From assembly GCA_964016885.1 (NCBI GenBank), contig OZ024743.1, positions 218,922,001 to 218,986,000 of the forward strand: a stretch of DNA of 64,000 bases. The letters run 5' to 3'. The notes under the pieces are model-generated. The model did not search any database, was not told where the DNA came from, and worked only from the letters and a program-made list of their open reading frames with translations. Source of the DNA: Eledone cirrhosa (taxonomy: Eukaryota). The translations under genes and the position numbers were made by a program. Shown piece by piece: positions 1-13,874 of the stretch (position 1 is its first letter; each line of letters opens with the position of its first letter).

Positions 1-3000
1 GTAAGATATATATTAACTACATTGCAGTAAGATATATATTAACTACATTACAGTAAGATATATATTAACTACATTACAGTAAGATATATATTAACTACAT
101 TACACTAAGATATATATTAACTACATTACAGTAAGCTATATATTAACTACATTGCAGTAAGATATATATTAACTACATTACAGTAAGATATACATTAACT
201 ACATTACATTAAGATATACATTAACTACATTACAGTAAGATATATATTAACTACATTACAGTAAGATATATATTAACTACATTACAGTAAGATATATATT
301 AACTACATTACAGTAAGATATATATTAACTACATTACACTAAGGTATATATTAACTACATTGCAGTAAGATATATATTAACTACATTACAGTAAGATATA
401 TATTAACTACATTACAGTAACATATATCTTAACTATATTACACTGAGTAAGATATATATTAACTACATTACAGTAAGATATATATTAACTACATTACACT
501 AAGATATATATTAACTACATTGCAGTAAGATATATATTAACTACATTACAGTAAGATATATATTAACTACATTACAGTAAGATATATATTAACTATATTA
601 CACTGAGTAAGATATATATTAACTACATTACAGTAAGATGTATATTAACTACATTGCAGTAAGATGTATATTAACTACATTACAGTAAGATATATATTAA
701 CTACATTACATTAAGATATATATTAACCACATTACAGTAAAATATACATTAACTACATTACAGTAAGATATATATTAACTACATTACAGTAAGATATATA
801 TTAACTACATTACAGTAAGATGTATATTAACTACATTACATTAACATATATATTAACTACATTGCAGTAAGATATATATTAACTACATTACAGTAAGATA
901 TATATTAACTACATTACAGTAAGATATATATTAACTACATTACACTTAGTAAGATATATATTAACTACATTACAGTAAGATATACATTAACTACATTACA
1001 GTAAGATATATATTAACTACATTACAGTAAGATATATATTAACCACATTACAGTAAAATATACATTAACTACATTACAGTAAGATATATATTAACTACAT
1101 TACATTAAGATATATATTAACTACATTGCAGTAAGATATATATTAACTACATTGCAGTAAGATATATATTAACTAGATTACAGTACAATATATTAACTAC
1201 ATTGCAGTAAGATATATATTATCTACATCACAGTAAGATATATATTAACTACATTGCAGTAAGATATATATTAACTACATTACAGTAAGATATATATTAA
1301 CTACATTGCAGTCAGATATATATTAACTAGATTACAGTACAATATACATTAACTACATTACAGTAAGATATACATTAACTACATTACATTAAGATATATA
1401 TTAACTACATTACAGTAAGATATATATTAACTACATTGCAGTAAGATATATATTAACTAGATTACAGTACAATATACATTAACTCCATTACAGTAAGATA
1501 TATATTAACTACATTACATTAAGATATACATTAACTACATTGCAGTCAGATATATATTAACTACATTACAGTAAGATATATATTAACTAGATTACAGTAC
1601 AATAAACATTAACTACATTACAGTAAGATATATATTAACTACATTGCAGTAAGATATATATTAACTAGATTACAGTACAATATACATTAACTACATTACA
1701 GTAAGATATACATTAACTACATTACAGTAAGATATATATTAACTACATTGCAGTAAGATATATATTAACTACATTGCAGTAAGATATATATTAACTACAT
1801 TGCAGTAAGATATATATTAACTAGATTACACTAAGATATATATTAACTACATTACAGTAAGATATATATTAACTACATTACAGTAAGATATATATTAACT
1901 ACATTGCAGTAAGATATATATTAACTATATTACAGTAAGATATATATTAACTACATTACAGTAAGATATATATTAACTACATTACACTAAGATATATATT
2001 AACTACATTACAGTAAGCTATATATTAACTACATTGCAGTAAGATATATATTAACTACATTACAGTAAGATATACATTAACTACATTACATTAAGATATA
2101 CATTAACTACATTACAGTAAGATATATATTAACTACATTACAGTAAGATATATATTAACTACATTACAGTAAGATATATATTAACTACATTACACTTAGT
2201 AAGATATATATTAACTACATTACAGTAAGATATAGATTAACTACATTACAGTAAGATATATATTAACTACATTGCAGTAAGACATATATATTAACCACAT
2301 TACAGTAAGATATATATTAACTACATTACAGTAAGATATACATTAACTACATTACAGTAAGATATATATTAACTACATTGCAGTAAGATATATATTAACT
2401 ACATTACACTGAGTAAGATATATATTAACTACATTACATTAAGATATATATTAACTACATTGCAGTAAGATATATATTAACTACATTACATTAAGATATA
2501 TATTAACTACATTGCAGTAAGATATATATTACCTACATTGCAGTAATATATATATTAACTACATTGCAGTAACATATATATTAACTACACTGCAGTAAGA
2601 TATATATTAACTACATTGCAGTAAGATATATATTAACTACGTTACATTAAGATATATATTAACTACATTGCAGTAAGATATATATTAACTACATTACAGT
2701 AAGATATATATTAACTACATTGCAGTAAGATATATATTAACTACATTACATTAAGATATATATTATCTACATTGCAGTAAGAAATATATTAACTACATTA
2801 CAGTAAAATATATATTAACTACATTGCAGTAAGATATATATTAACTACATTGCATTAAGATATATATCAATTACATTACATTAAGATATATATTAACTAC
2901 ACTGCAGTAAGATATATATTAACTACATTGCAGTAAGATATATATTAACTACATTACATTAAGATATATATTAACTACATTGCAGTAAGATATATATTAA

Positions 3001-6000
3001 CTACATTACAGTAAGATATATATTAACTACATTGCAGTAAGATATATATTAACTACATTACATTAAGATATATATTATCTACATTGCAGTAAGAAATATA
3101 TTAACTACATTACAGTAAAATATATATTAACTACATTGCAGTAAGATATATATTAACTAGATTACACTACAATATACATTAACTACATTACAGTAAGATA
3201 TACATTAACTACATTACATTAAGATATATATTAACTACATTACAGTAAGATATATATTAACTACATTACAGTAAGATATATATTAACTACATTGCAGTAA
3301 GATATATATTAACTACATTGCAGTAAGATATATATTAACTACATTGCAGTAAGATAAATATTAACTAGATTACACTAAGGTATATATTAACTACATTACA
3401 GTAAGATATATATGAACTACATTACAGTAAGATATATATTAACTACATTACAGTAAGATATATATTAACTACATTACACTAAGGTATATATTAACTACAT
3501 TGCAGTAAGATATATATTAACTACATTACAGTAAGATATATATTAACTACATTACAGTAACATATATATTAACTATATTACACTGAGTAAGATATATATT
3601 AACTACATTACAGTAAGATATATATTAACTACATTACACTAAGATATATATTAACTACATTGCAGTAAGATATATATTAACTACATTACAGTAAGATATA
3701 TATTAACTACATTACAGTAAGATATATATTAACTATATTACACTGAGTAAGATATATATTAACTACATTACAGTAAGATGTATATTAACTACATTGCAGT
3801 AAGATATATATTAACTACATTACAGTAAGATATATATTAACTACATTACATTAAGATATATATTAACCACATTACAGTAAAATATACATTAACTACATTA
3901 CAGTAAGATATATATTAACTACATTACAGTAAGATATATATTAACTACATTACAGTAAGATGTATATTAACTACATTACATTAACATATATATTAACTAC
4001 ATTGCAGTAAGATATATATTAACTACATTACAGTAAGATATATATTAACTACATTACAGTAAGATATATATTAACTACATTACACTTAGTAAGATATATA
4101 TTAACTACATTACAGTAAGATATACATTAACTACATTACAGTAAGATATATATTAACTACATTACAGTAAGATATATATTAACCACATTACAGTAAAATA
4201 TACATTAACTACATTACAGTAAGATATATATTAACTACATTACATTAAGATATATATTAACTACATTGCAGTAAGATATATATTAACTACATTGCAGTAA
4301 GATATATATTAACTAGATTACAGTACAATATATTAACTACATTGCAGTAAGATATATATTAACTACATCACAGTAAGATATATATTAACTACATTGCAGT
4401 AAGATATATATTAACTACATTACAGTAAGATATATATTAACTACATTGCAGTCAGATATATATTAACTAGATTACAGTACAATATACATTAACTACATTA
4501 CAGTAAGATATACATTAACTACATTACATTAAGATATATATTAACTACATTACAGTAAGATATATATTAACTACATTGCAGTAAGATATATATTAACTAG
4601 ATTACAGTACAATATACATTAACTCCATTACAGTAAGATATATATTAACTACATTACATTAAGATATACATTAACTACATTGCAGTCAGATATATATTAA
4701 CTACATTACAGTAAGATATATATTAACTAGATTACAGTACAATAAACATTAACTACATTACAGTAAGATATATATTAACTACATTGCAGTAAGATATATA
4801 TTAACTAGATTACAGTACAATATACATTAACTACATTACAGTAAGATATACATTAACTACATTACAGTAAGATATATATTAACTACATTGCAGTAAGATA
4901 TATATTAACTACATTGCAGTAAGATATATATTAACTACATTGCAGTAAGATATATATTAACTAGATTACACTAAGATATATATTAACTACATTACAGTAA
5001 GATATATATTAACTACATTACAGTAAGATATATATTAACTACATTGCAGTAAGATATATATTAACTATATTACAGTAAGATATATATTAACTACATTACA
5101 GTAAGATATATATTAACTACATTACACTAAGATATATATTAACTACATTACAGTAAGCTATATATTAACTACATTGCAGTAAGATATATATTAACTACAT
5201 TACAGTAAGATATACATTAACTACATTACATTAAGATATACATTAACTACATTACAGTAAGATATATATTAACTACATTACAGTAAGATATATATTAACT
5301 ACATTACAGTAAGATATATATTAACTACATTACACTTAGTAAGATATATATTAACTACATTACAGTATGATATAGATTAACTACATTACAGTAAGATATA
5401 TATTAACTACATTGCAGTAAGACATATATATTAACCACATTACAGTAAGATATATATTAACTACATTACAGTAAGATATACATTAACTACATTACAGTAA
5501 GATATATATTAACTACATTGCAGTAAGATATATATTAACTACATTACACTGAGTAAGATATATATTAACTACATTACATTAAGATATATATTAACTACAT
5601 TGCAGTAAGATATATATTAACTACATTACATTAAGATATATATTAACTACATTGCAGTAAGATATATATTACCTACATTGCAGTAATATATATATTAACT
5701 ACATTGCAGCAACATATATATTAACTACACTGCAGTAAGATATATATTAACTACATTGCAGTAAGATATATATTAACTACGTTACATTAAGATATATATT
5801 AACTACATTGCAGTAAGATATATATTAACTACATTACAGTAAGATATATATTAACTACATTGCAGTAAGATATATATTAACTACATTACATTAAGATATA
5901 TATTATCTACATTGCAGTAAGAAATATATTAACTACATTACAGTAAGATATATATTAACTATATTACACTGAGTAAGATATATATTAACTACATTACAGT

Positions 6001-9000
6001 AAGATGTATATTAACTACATTGCAGTAAGATATATATTAACTACATTACAGTAAGATATATATTAACTACATTACATTAAGATATATATTAACCACATTA
6101 CAGTAAAATATACATTAACTACATTACAGTAAGATATATATTAACTACATTACAGTAAGATATATATTAACTACATTACAGTAAGATGTATATTAACTAC
6201 ATTACATTAACATATATATTAACTACATTGCAGTAAGATATATATTAACTACATTACAGTAAGATATATATTAACTACATTACAGTAAGATATATATTAA
6301 CTACATTACACTTAGTAAGATATATATTAACTACATTACAGTAAGATATACATTAACTACATTACAGTAAGATATATATTAACTACATTACAGTAAGATA
6401 TATATTAACCACATTACAGTAAAATATACATTAACTACATTACAGTAAGATATATATTAACTACATTACATTAAGATATATATTAACTACATTGCAGTAA
6501 GATATATATTAACTACATTGCAGTAAGATATATATTAACTAGATTACAGTACAATATATTAACTACATTGCAGTAAGATATATATTAACTACATCACAGT
6601 AAGATATATATTAACTACATTGCAGTAAGATATATATTAACTACATTACAGTAAGATATATATTAACTACATTGCAGTCAGATATATATTAACTAGATTA
6701 CAGTACAATATACATTAACTACATTACAGTAAGATATACATTAACTACATTACATTAAGATATATATTAACTACATTACAGTAAGATATATATTAACTAC
6801 ATTGCAGTAAGATATATATTAACTAGATTACAGTACAATATACATTAACTCCATTACAGTAAGATATATATTAACTACATTACATTAAGATATACATTAA
6901 CTACATTGCAGTCAGATATATATTAACTACATTACAGTAAGATATATATTAACTAGATTACAGTACAATAAACATTAACTACATTACAGTAAGATATATA
7001 TTAACTACATTGCAGTAAGATATATATTAACTAGATTACAGTACAATATACATTAACTACATTACAGTAAGATATACATTAACTACATTACAGTAAGATA
7101 TATATTAACTACATTGCAGTAAGATATATATTAACTACATTGCAGTAAGATATATATTAACTACATTGCAGTAAGATATATATTAACTAGATTACACTAA
7201 GATATATATTAACTACATTACAGTAAGATATATATTAACTACATTACAGTAAGATATATATTAACTACATTGCAGTAAGATATATATTAACTATATTACA
7301 GTAAGATATATATTAACTACATTACAGTAAGATATATATTAACTACATTACACTAAGATATATATTAACTACATTACAGTAAGCTATATATTAACTACAT
7401 TGCAGTAAGATATATATTAACTACATTACAGTAAGATATACATTAACTACATTACATTAAGATATACATTAACTACATTACAGTAAGATATATATTAACT
7501 ACATTACAGTAAGATATATATTAACTACATTACAGTAAGATATATATTAACTACATTACACTTAGTAAGATATATATTAACTACATTACAGTAAGATATA
7601 GATTAACTACATTACAGTAAGATATATATTAACTACATTGCAGTAAGACATATATATTAACCACATTACAGTAAGATATATATTAACTACATTACAGTAA
7701 GATATACATTAACTACATTACAGTAAGATATATATTAACTACATTGCAGTAAGATATATATTAACTACATTATACTGAGTAAGATATATATTAACTACAT
7801 TACATTAAGATATATATTAACTACATTGCAGTAAGATATATATTAACTACATTACATTAAGATATATATTAACTACATTGCAGTAAGATATATATTACCT
7901 ACATTGCAGTAATATATATATTAACTACATTGCAGTAACATATATATTAACTACACTGCAGTAAGATATATATTAACTACATTGCAGTAAGATATATATT
8001 AACTACGTTACATTAAGATATATATTAACTACATTGCAGTAAGATATATATTAACTACATTACAGTAAGATATATATTAACTACATTGCAGTAAGATATA
8101 TATTAACTACATTACATTAAGATATATATTATCTACATTGCAGTAAGAAATATATTAACTACATTACAGTAAAATATATATTAACTACATTGCAGTAAGA
8201 TATATATTAACTACATTGCATTAAGATATATATCAATTACATTACATTAAGATATATATTAACTACACTGCAGTAAGATATATATTAACTACATTGCAGT
8301 AAGATATATATTAACTACATTACATTAAGATATATATTAACTACATTGCAGTAAGATATATATTAACTACATTACAGTAAGATATATATTAACTACATTG
8401 CAGTAAGATATATATTAACTACATTACATTAAGATATATATTATCTACATTGCAGTAAGAAATATATTAACTACATTACAGTAAAATATATATTAACTAC
8501 ATTGCAGTAAGATATATATTAACTAGATTACACTACAATATACATTAACTACATTACAGTAAGATATACATTAACTACATTACATTAAGATATATATTAA
8601 CTACATTACAGTAAGATATATATTAACTACATTACAGTAAGATATATATTAACTACATTGCAGTAAGATATATATTAACTACATTGCAGTAAGATATATA
8701 TTAACTACATTGCAGTAAGATAAATATTAACTAGATTACACTAAGGTATATATTAACTACATTACAGTAAGATATATATGAACTACATTACAGTAAGATA
8801 TATATTAACTACATTACAGTAAGATATATATTAACTACATTGCAGTAAGATATATATTAACTACATTACACTAAGATATATATTAACTACATTGCAGTAA
8901 GATATATATTAACTACTTTACAGTAAGATATATATTAACTACATTACAATAAGATATATATTAACTACATTACAGTAAGATATATATTAACTACATTACA

Positions 9001-9335
9001 GTAAGATATATATTAACTACATTACAGTAAGATATATATTAACTACATTACAGTAAGATATATATCAACTACATTACAGTAAGATATATATTAACTACAT
9101 TACACTAAGATATATATTAACTACATTGCAGTAAGATTTATATTAACTACATTACAGTAAGATATATATTAACTACATTACAGTACAATATACATTATCT
9201 ACATTACAGTAAGATATATATTAACTACATTACAGTAAGATATACATTAACTACATTACAGTACAATATACATTAACTACATTGCAGTAAGATATATATT
9301 AACTAACTTTCATTAAGTAAGATATACATTAACTA
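1..9335. repeat. Satellite of 26-bp monomers (GTAAGATATATATTAACTACATT[A/G]CA) with higher-order periodicity; continues off the left edge
   Basis: Monomers start at 1, 27, 53 and so on. Rare variants recur at spacings of 3140 and 2226 bp (e.g. AACTCCATTA at 1481/4621/6847). Confidence 0.97.
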
Positions 9336-9429
9336 GATTTATGTTTTCGTGTTTTTATTTATGTATATAAATTATCTAGTTTCCATTGTTACAATCATTT
9401 TCTTTTTAGCTGAAATGTGTCCTCATATT

Positions 9430-9700
9430 GAAAAGATTCCTCATGCCTGCTCTAAGTGTTCATTCAACTTGCAAGAAATGATAACCATATCTCCCTTACA
9501 CCCTATTGTATTAAGTAAGGAGAAGACCCTTTTGTTAATCAAGTCCTAGTATCATGGGATGATCTCAGCTCATATGCCTGCTCTAAATTTTCGCTCAACT
9601 TCCTAGAAATGATAACCAAATCTCTCTTACACCCTATTGGATATATTTCATAGTGTTGTCTTAGAATTATGGGATGGCCTTTGATCATAGAAACTGCTTG
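9430..9700. repeat. Two diverged tandem copies of an old interspersed repeat; related fragments near 34425-34600, 39800-39990 and 42250-42480
   Basis: The motif ATGCCTGCTCTAA...GAAATGATAACCA.ATCTC.CTTACACCCTATTG occurs twice, about 130 bp apart. Confidence 0.55.
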
Positions 9701-10644
9701 ATCATGGTTTACAGGTAGTGTTGAATTATCCCCAAACTATATACCTGGTATGAAGTTTGCAACAAAGTTGACTGTACTAGTGGTAGCTGATACCAGGTGG
9801 TGGAGATAAATCAGGCAATGAATTATGTTTAACACTCAATATAGTGGTTTGCTTGGCAGCAATATCAGTAAAGTTGAGAAGAAAATGCCATACAGTATTT
9901 CGTTATGCCTTGGGACATTTATTAGGATTAATCAAAATTAATTAGAATAAACAGATTCATAAACGTTATTCCAATTTATTTACTTTGCAATTCTCTTTCA
10001 TTTTTTTCTTTCTCCCCTCCTCTCTCTCTCAATGTTTTTTTTTTTTTATAAAAGTTCCATATTGAGAGATTTCTCATCAAATCTGAAAATAAATTAATGT
10101 TCTAAAAATATCTTGACTCAAAGTAGTGTGGGCTGGAGAGAATAGTATTTCATTATATCAGGAAATAGAATAAAATGTTAAGTTAAATATTTGAAGTCAA
10201 TGGTTACATTCACATCCACTTGTTTAGATTCTAAATATATCAAGCACATAGATAAATATATAAAAAGGAATTTTAATAAATAAATAATGATTTCTAACAT
10301 AGGCCATGGACACATGATTGCTTTTTATTTCCATGATCCTTTGCAACCACTGCAAAGGCACATGAACAATGTATCATTAACACCACTGTTCTTATTTTGA
10401 AAATGGGACTGTGAAGGCCTTAAAACATTTATAGACTTATAGATTCAGGAATGCTATTGTTCCAGATCAAATAAGGAAATATGAAAAATCCTTAATGAAA
10501 AAAATACCTAAGCACAGGTGTGTTTCAATATATATATATATATAAAACATGAGAAGAAAGAAGAATACTGCGTGGTTGCACATGGGTTACATATGATAAA
10601 AATAGTCCTTCGTCAGTGATTTTCCAACCATCGCATTAAAAATC

Positions 10645-10649
<5 letters not shown>

Positions 10650-10700
<51 letters not shown>
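10650..10700. repeat. (TAA)n microsatellite, target/flank of the Dong-like array
   Basis: Pure TAA run directly abutting the 5' end of element A1. Confidence 0.97.
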
Positions 10701-10701
<1 letters not shown>

Positions 10702-13700
10702 TGGAGTATGCCAGGCAAACGAGCCAGTGGGAAATTAAGGTGAAGTGGTCGAGAGAACGGAGGAACCACCCGAAGCATACAATGATCTGAATACTGAGAT
10801 AAATAATACCTGGAACAGAGATACGGCCACTGAGGAGATGAATGCTGACGGGCTAGGACAAGATTCGGTTGACATCCTAAATTTAGTGGTAGATGAATTG
10901 AACAATGATAGTGGGAGACCTATGAACCTAAGATTTGTAGACAGGAAAAAGTTAAAAGAAACAACAGCTAAGGTAAACAAAGTCATCCCATACCTTGAGG
11001 CGAGGAGCCTTCACCAGTGCAACAATATCCTCAAAGCAACAGCAAATAGGGTGAGGAAACTACTTGGTATAAAAGCGAGAGGAAACAACAGACAAGAAAG
11101 AGCAGAGCCGTGGTGGAAGAAGCGACTGAGTGGGCAAATCGGGGAAATGAGAAATGACATAGGAAAGCTTGAGTCACTACTGAATGGGACACTAAAAAAC
11201 ATAGACACTAAAAATAGACTGGAAATAAAGTACAAAACTAGGAGGAAAAAGCTAAATATTATCATAGAGGAACTGAAGCAACGCATTGTAGCAAAGAGTG
11301 CAAAAATCAGGCGATACGAGAACAGAGTCAGTCAGTATAAACAGAACCGCATGTTCGACAACAACCAGAAGATGCTGTTTGGACAGCTTGAAGGGAAAGA
11401 AAGAGGCAACGACTTGATCCCTGAGGCGGAACAAACTAAAACATTCTGGAGAGGAATATGGGAGCAGGATGTTAGACATAATGACCAGGCAGTGTGGATT
11501 GAGACAGTACAGAAGGAGATCAGTGAACAGGCACACCAACAAACTGATTTGAGTATCACAGTTGAAACTCTTAAGGGGCAGGCCAAAAAACTAACCAACT
11601 GGAGATCACCAGGCCCAGATGGTGTGCAGGGGTATTGGATTAAAAATATAACATCCCTCCACCCGAAACTGACAACCATGTTCAATGACTGCTTGATGTC
11701 AGGTGAAGTACCAGAGTGGTTGACAAAAGGTACCACAGTTCTGATAATGAAAGACCGAATCAAGGGTAATGATGTTACCAACTATAGACCTATCACATGT
11801 CTGTCCGTAATGTGGAAACTGTTGACGAGCATTATGTCTGAGGAAATCTACCATCACCTCCACACAAACAACTTGTTACCGGATGAACAGAAAGGATGCC
11901 GAAAGAAGTCACGTGGTACAAAGGACCAGTTACTTATTGATAAGATGGTAATGGGGAATTGCAAGAGGAGACACACTGATCTTGCCATGGGATGGATAGA
12001 CTACAGAAAGGCATTTGACATGGTGCCTCATTCTTGGATCACCAAAAGCCTGGAGATCTTCAGGGTGGCAGATAACATCAGACAGTTGTTGGGCAAAAGT
12101 ATGAGGTCCTGGGAAACAGAGTTGACATCAACTGGAGAATCCTTGGGAAGCGTGAAGATCAAGAGAGATATCTTCCAGGGAGATAGCCTGTCCCCTCTGT
12201 TGTTTGTCCTTGCCCTGATGCCCCTGACCAGTGTACTGCGAAAAGTGAGAGCAGGATACGGGTTGGGAAAGGGAGGGCTTACCATCAATCACCTCCTCTT
12301 CATGGACGATCTTAAGCTCTTCGGGAAGAGTGAGAAGGAGTTGGATGTGCTTGTTGACACTGTCCGTATTTTCAGCAGTGATATATGTATGCAATTTGGT
12401 ATTAGTAAGTGTGGAGTCATTGTGATGAGGAGGGGTAGGTTGAGCAGAAGTATCGGAATCCAGATACCAACAGGTGAGATGATAAAGGAAATTGACTCTG
12501 AGGAAGGATACAAGTATTTGGGCGTTCTGGAGGCTGATGGCATAAAGAACAAAAAAATGAAGGAATTGTTAAGAACTGAATACATTCGGACAGTAAGGAG
12601 CGTATTGAAGTCACATCTGAACAGCAGAAATGCCATAAGCGCAGTAAATTCCCGAGCTGTGTCTATTATTAGTACAGTGCGGGAATTCTGATATGGAATG
12701 TTGCTGAACAAAAAGAAATGGATAGGAAGACTAGGAAGCTATTGACTATCTACAACATGTTCCACAAGAGGAGTGATGTCGATAGACTCTACTTAAGGAG
12801 ATCTGAGGGTGGAAGAGGTCTTATCAGCATAGAGGACTGTGTTCAGATGGAGAAAAACAACCTACACAAATACGTGACTGATAGTAAGGAGCCAATGCTC
12901 AGAACTGTACTGAAGTAGGGGACAATAGGCCAGGGGATGTCCAAGGAGGAAATAACATCAAGGAGAAAGAGCAGCCTTCAGGAAAAATCCCTTCATAGTA
13001 CCTTCTTTGAGAAAACTGAATTTAGAGATCCACAGACATGGAACTGGTTGAAAAGAGGAGACCTTAAAAAGGCTACAGAAGGAATGTTAATGGCTGCGCA
13101 GGAGCAGGCCCTCAAAACGAAGTGGTTGAAACACCGTATTTAGAAGGAGGAGGCTAGCCCACTGTGCAGGATCTGTGGAGAGAGAGAGGAGACTGTGGCT
13201 CACATTGTATCCGAGTGTAAACACCTAGCCCAGACCCACTATAAGGGCTGGAGACATGATGTGATGGGCAGGGTGATCCACTGGCACCTGTGCAAAGTAA
13301 ACAATTTACCACATTCTGAGAAATGGTATGAGCATAATCCAGAGGCAGTGATAGAAAACGATCAGGTGAAGGTGCTGTGGGATTTTAGGATACAGACGGA
13401 CAAGAAACTGGAACACAATAGACCTGACCTGGTGGTTGTGGACAAAGAAAAAAGATCGTGCCTGATTGTGGATGTGGCCTTCCCATTCAACACGAGAGTG
13501 CAAGAGAAGGAGAGGGAGAAAATTAACCGATACCAGGACTTAAAGTGGGAGGTAAAAAGGATTTGGAACTGCCATGAAGTCAAAGTGATCCTGATTGTCA
13601 TAGGCGCACTAGGGACTATCTCCAAAAGTTTCCAGGGATGGTTAAAGAAAATCGGCCCCTTCACGCTCTTTGGAACGCTTCAAAAGGCATGCTTGCTAGG

Positions 13701-13813
13701 AACAGCAAGAACCCTCCGATACGTCCTGAATATCTGAGGCTGCAGGTAGTGGCTTGATATTCATTCCAACAAACTTTCCAGTTAACTAACATCAATGACT
13801 GAGACTCAAGGAG
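10701..13813 (+). mobile_element. R4/Dong-clade non-LTR retrotransposon, family A copy 1 (5'-truncated, defective)
   Basis: RT motifs NYRPITCL, WIDYRKAFD, FQGDSLSPLLF, HLLFMDDLKL, YKYLG; CCHC knuckle; RHD; RLE motif RPDLVVVD. Aligns to A2 from 17858 (offset 7157). Flanked by TAA repeats. Confidence 0.93.
10745..13737 (+). pseudogene. Disrupted RT-RLE ORF of A1
   Basis: 1-bp deletion near 12670 relative to A2, plus in-frame TAG stops at 12916-12918 and 13141-13143. Confidence 0.9.
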
Positions 13814-13820
13814 TAATAAC

Positions 13821-13873
<53 letters not shown>
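13814..13873. repeat. (TAA)n spacer between A1 and B1
   Basis: TAA run with one AAC interruption near its start. Confidence 0.96.

Positions 13874-13874
<1 letters not shown>

Noticed and set aside
1-9335. CRISPR-like regular array
   Set aside because: Contiguous monomers with no unique spacers, no cas genes, and a eukaryotic context.
10443-10520. Possible small exon (AG...CAG|GTGTGT)
   Set aside because: Weak acceptor and no homology I can recognise.
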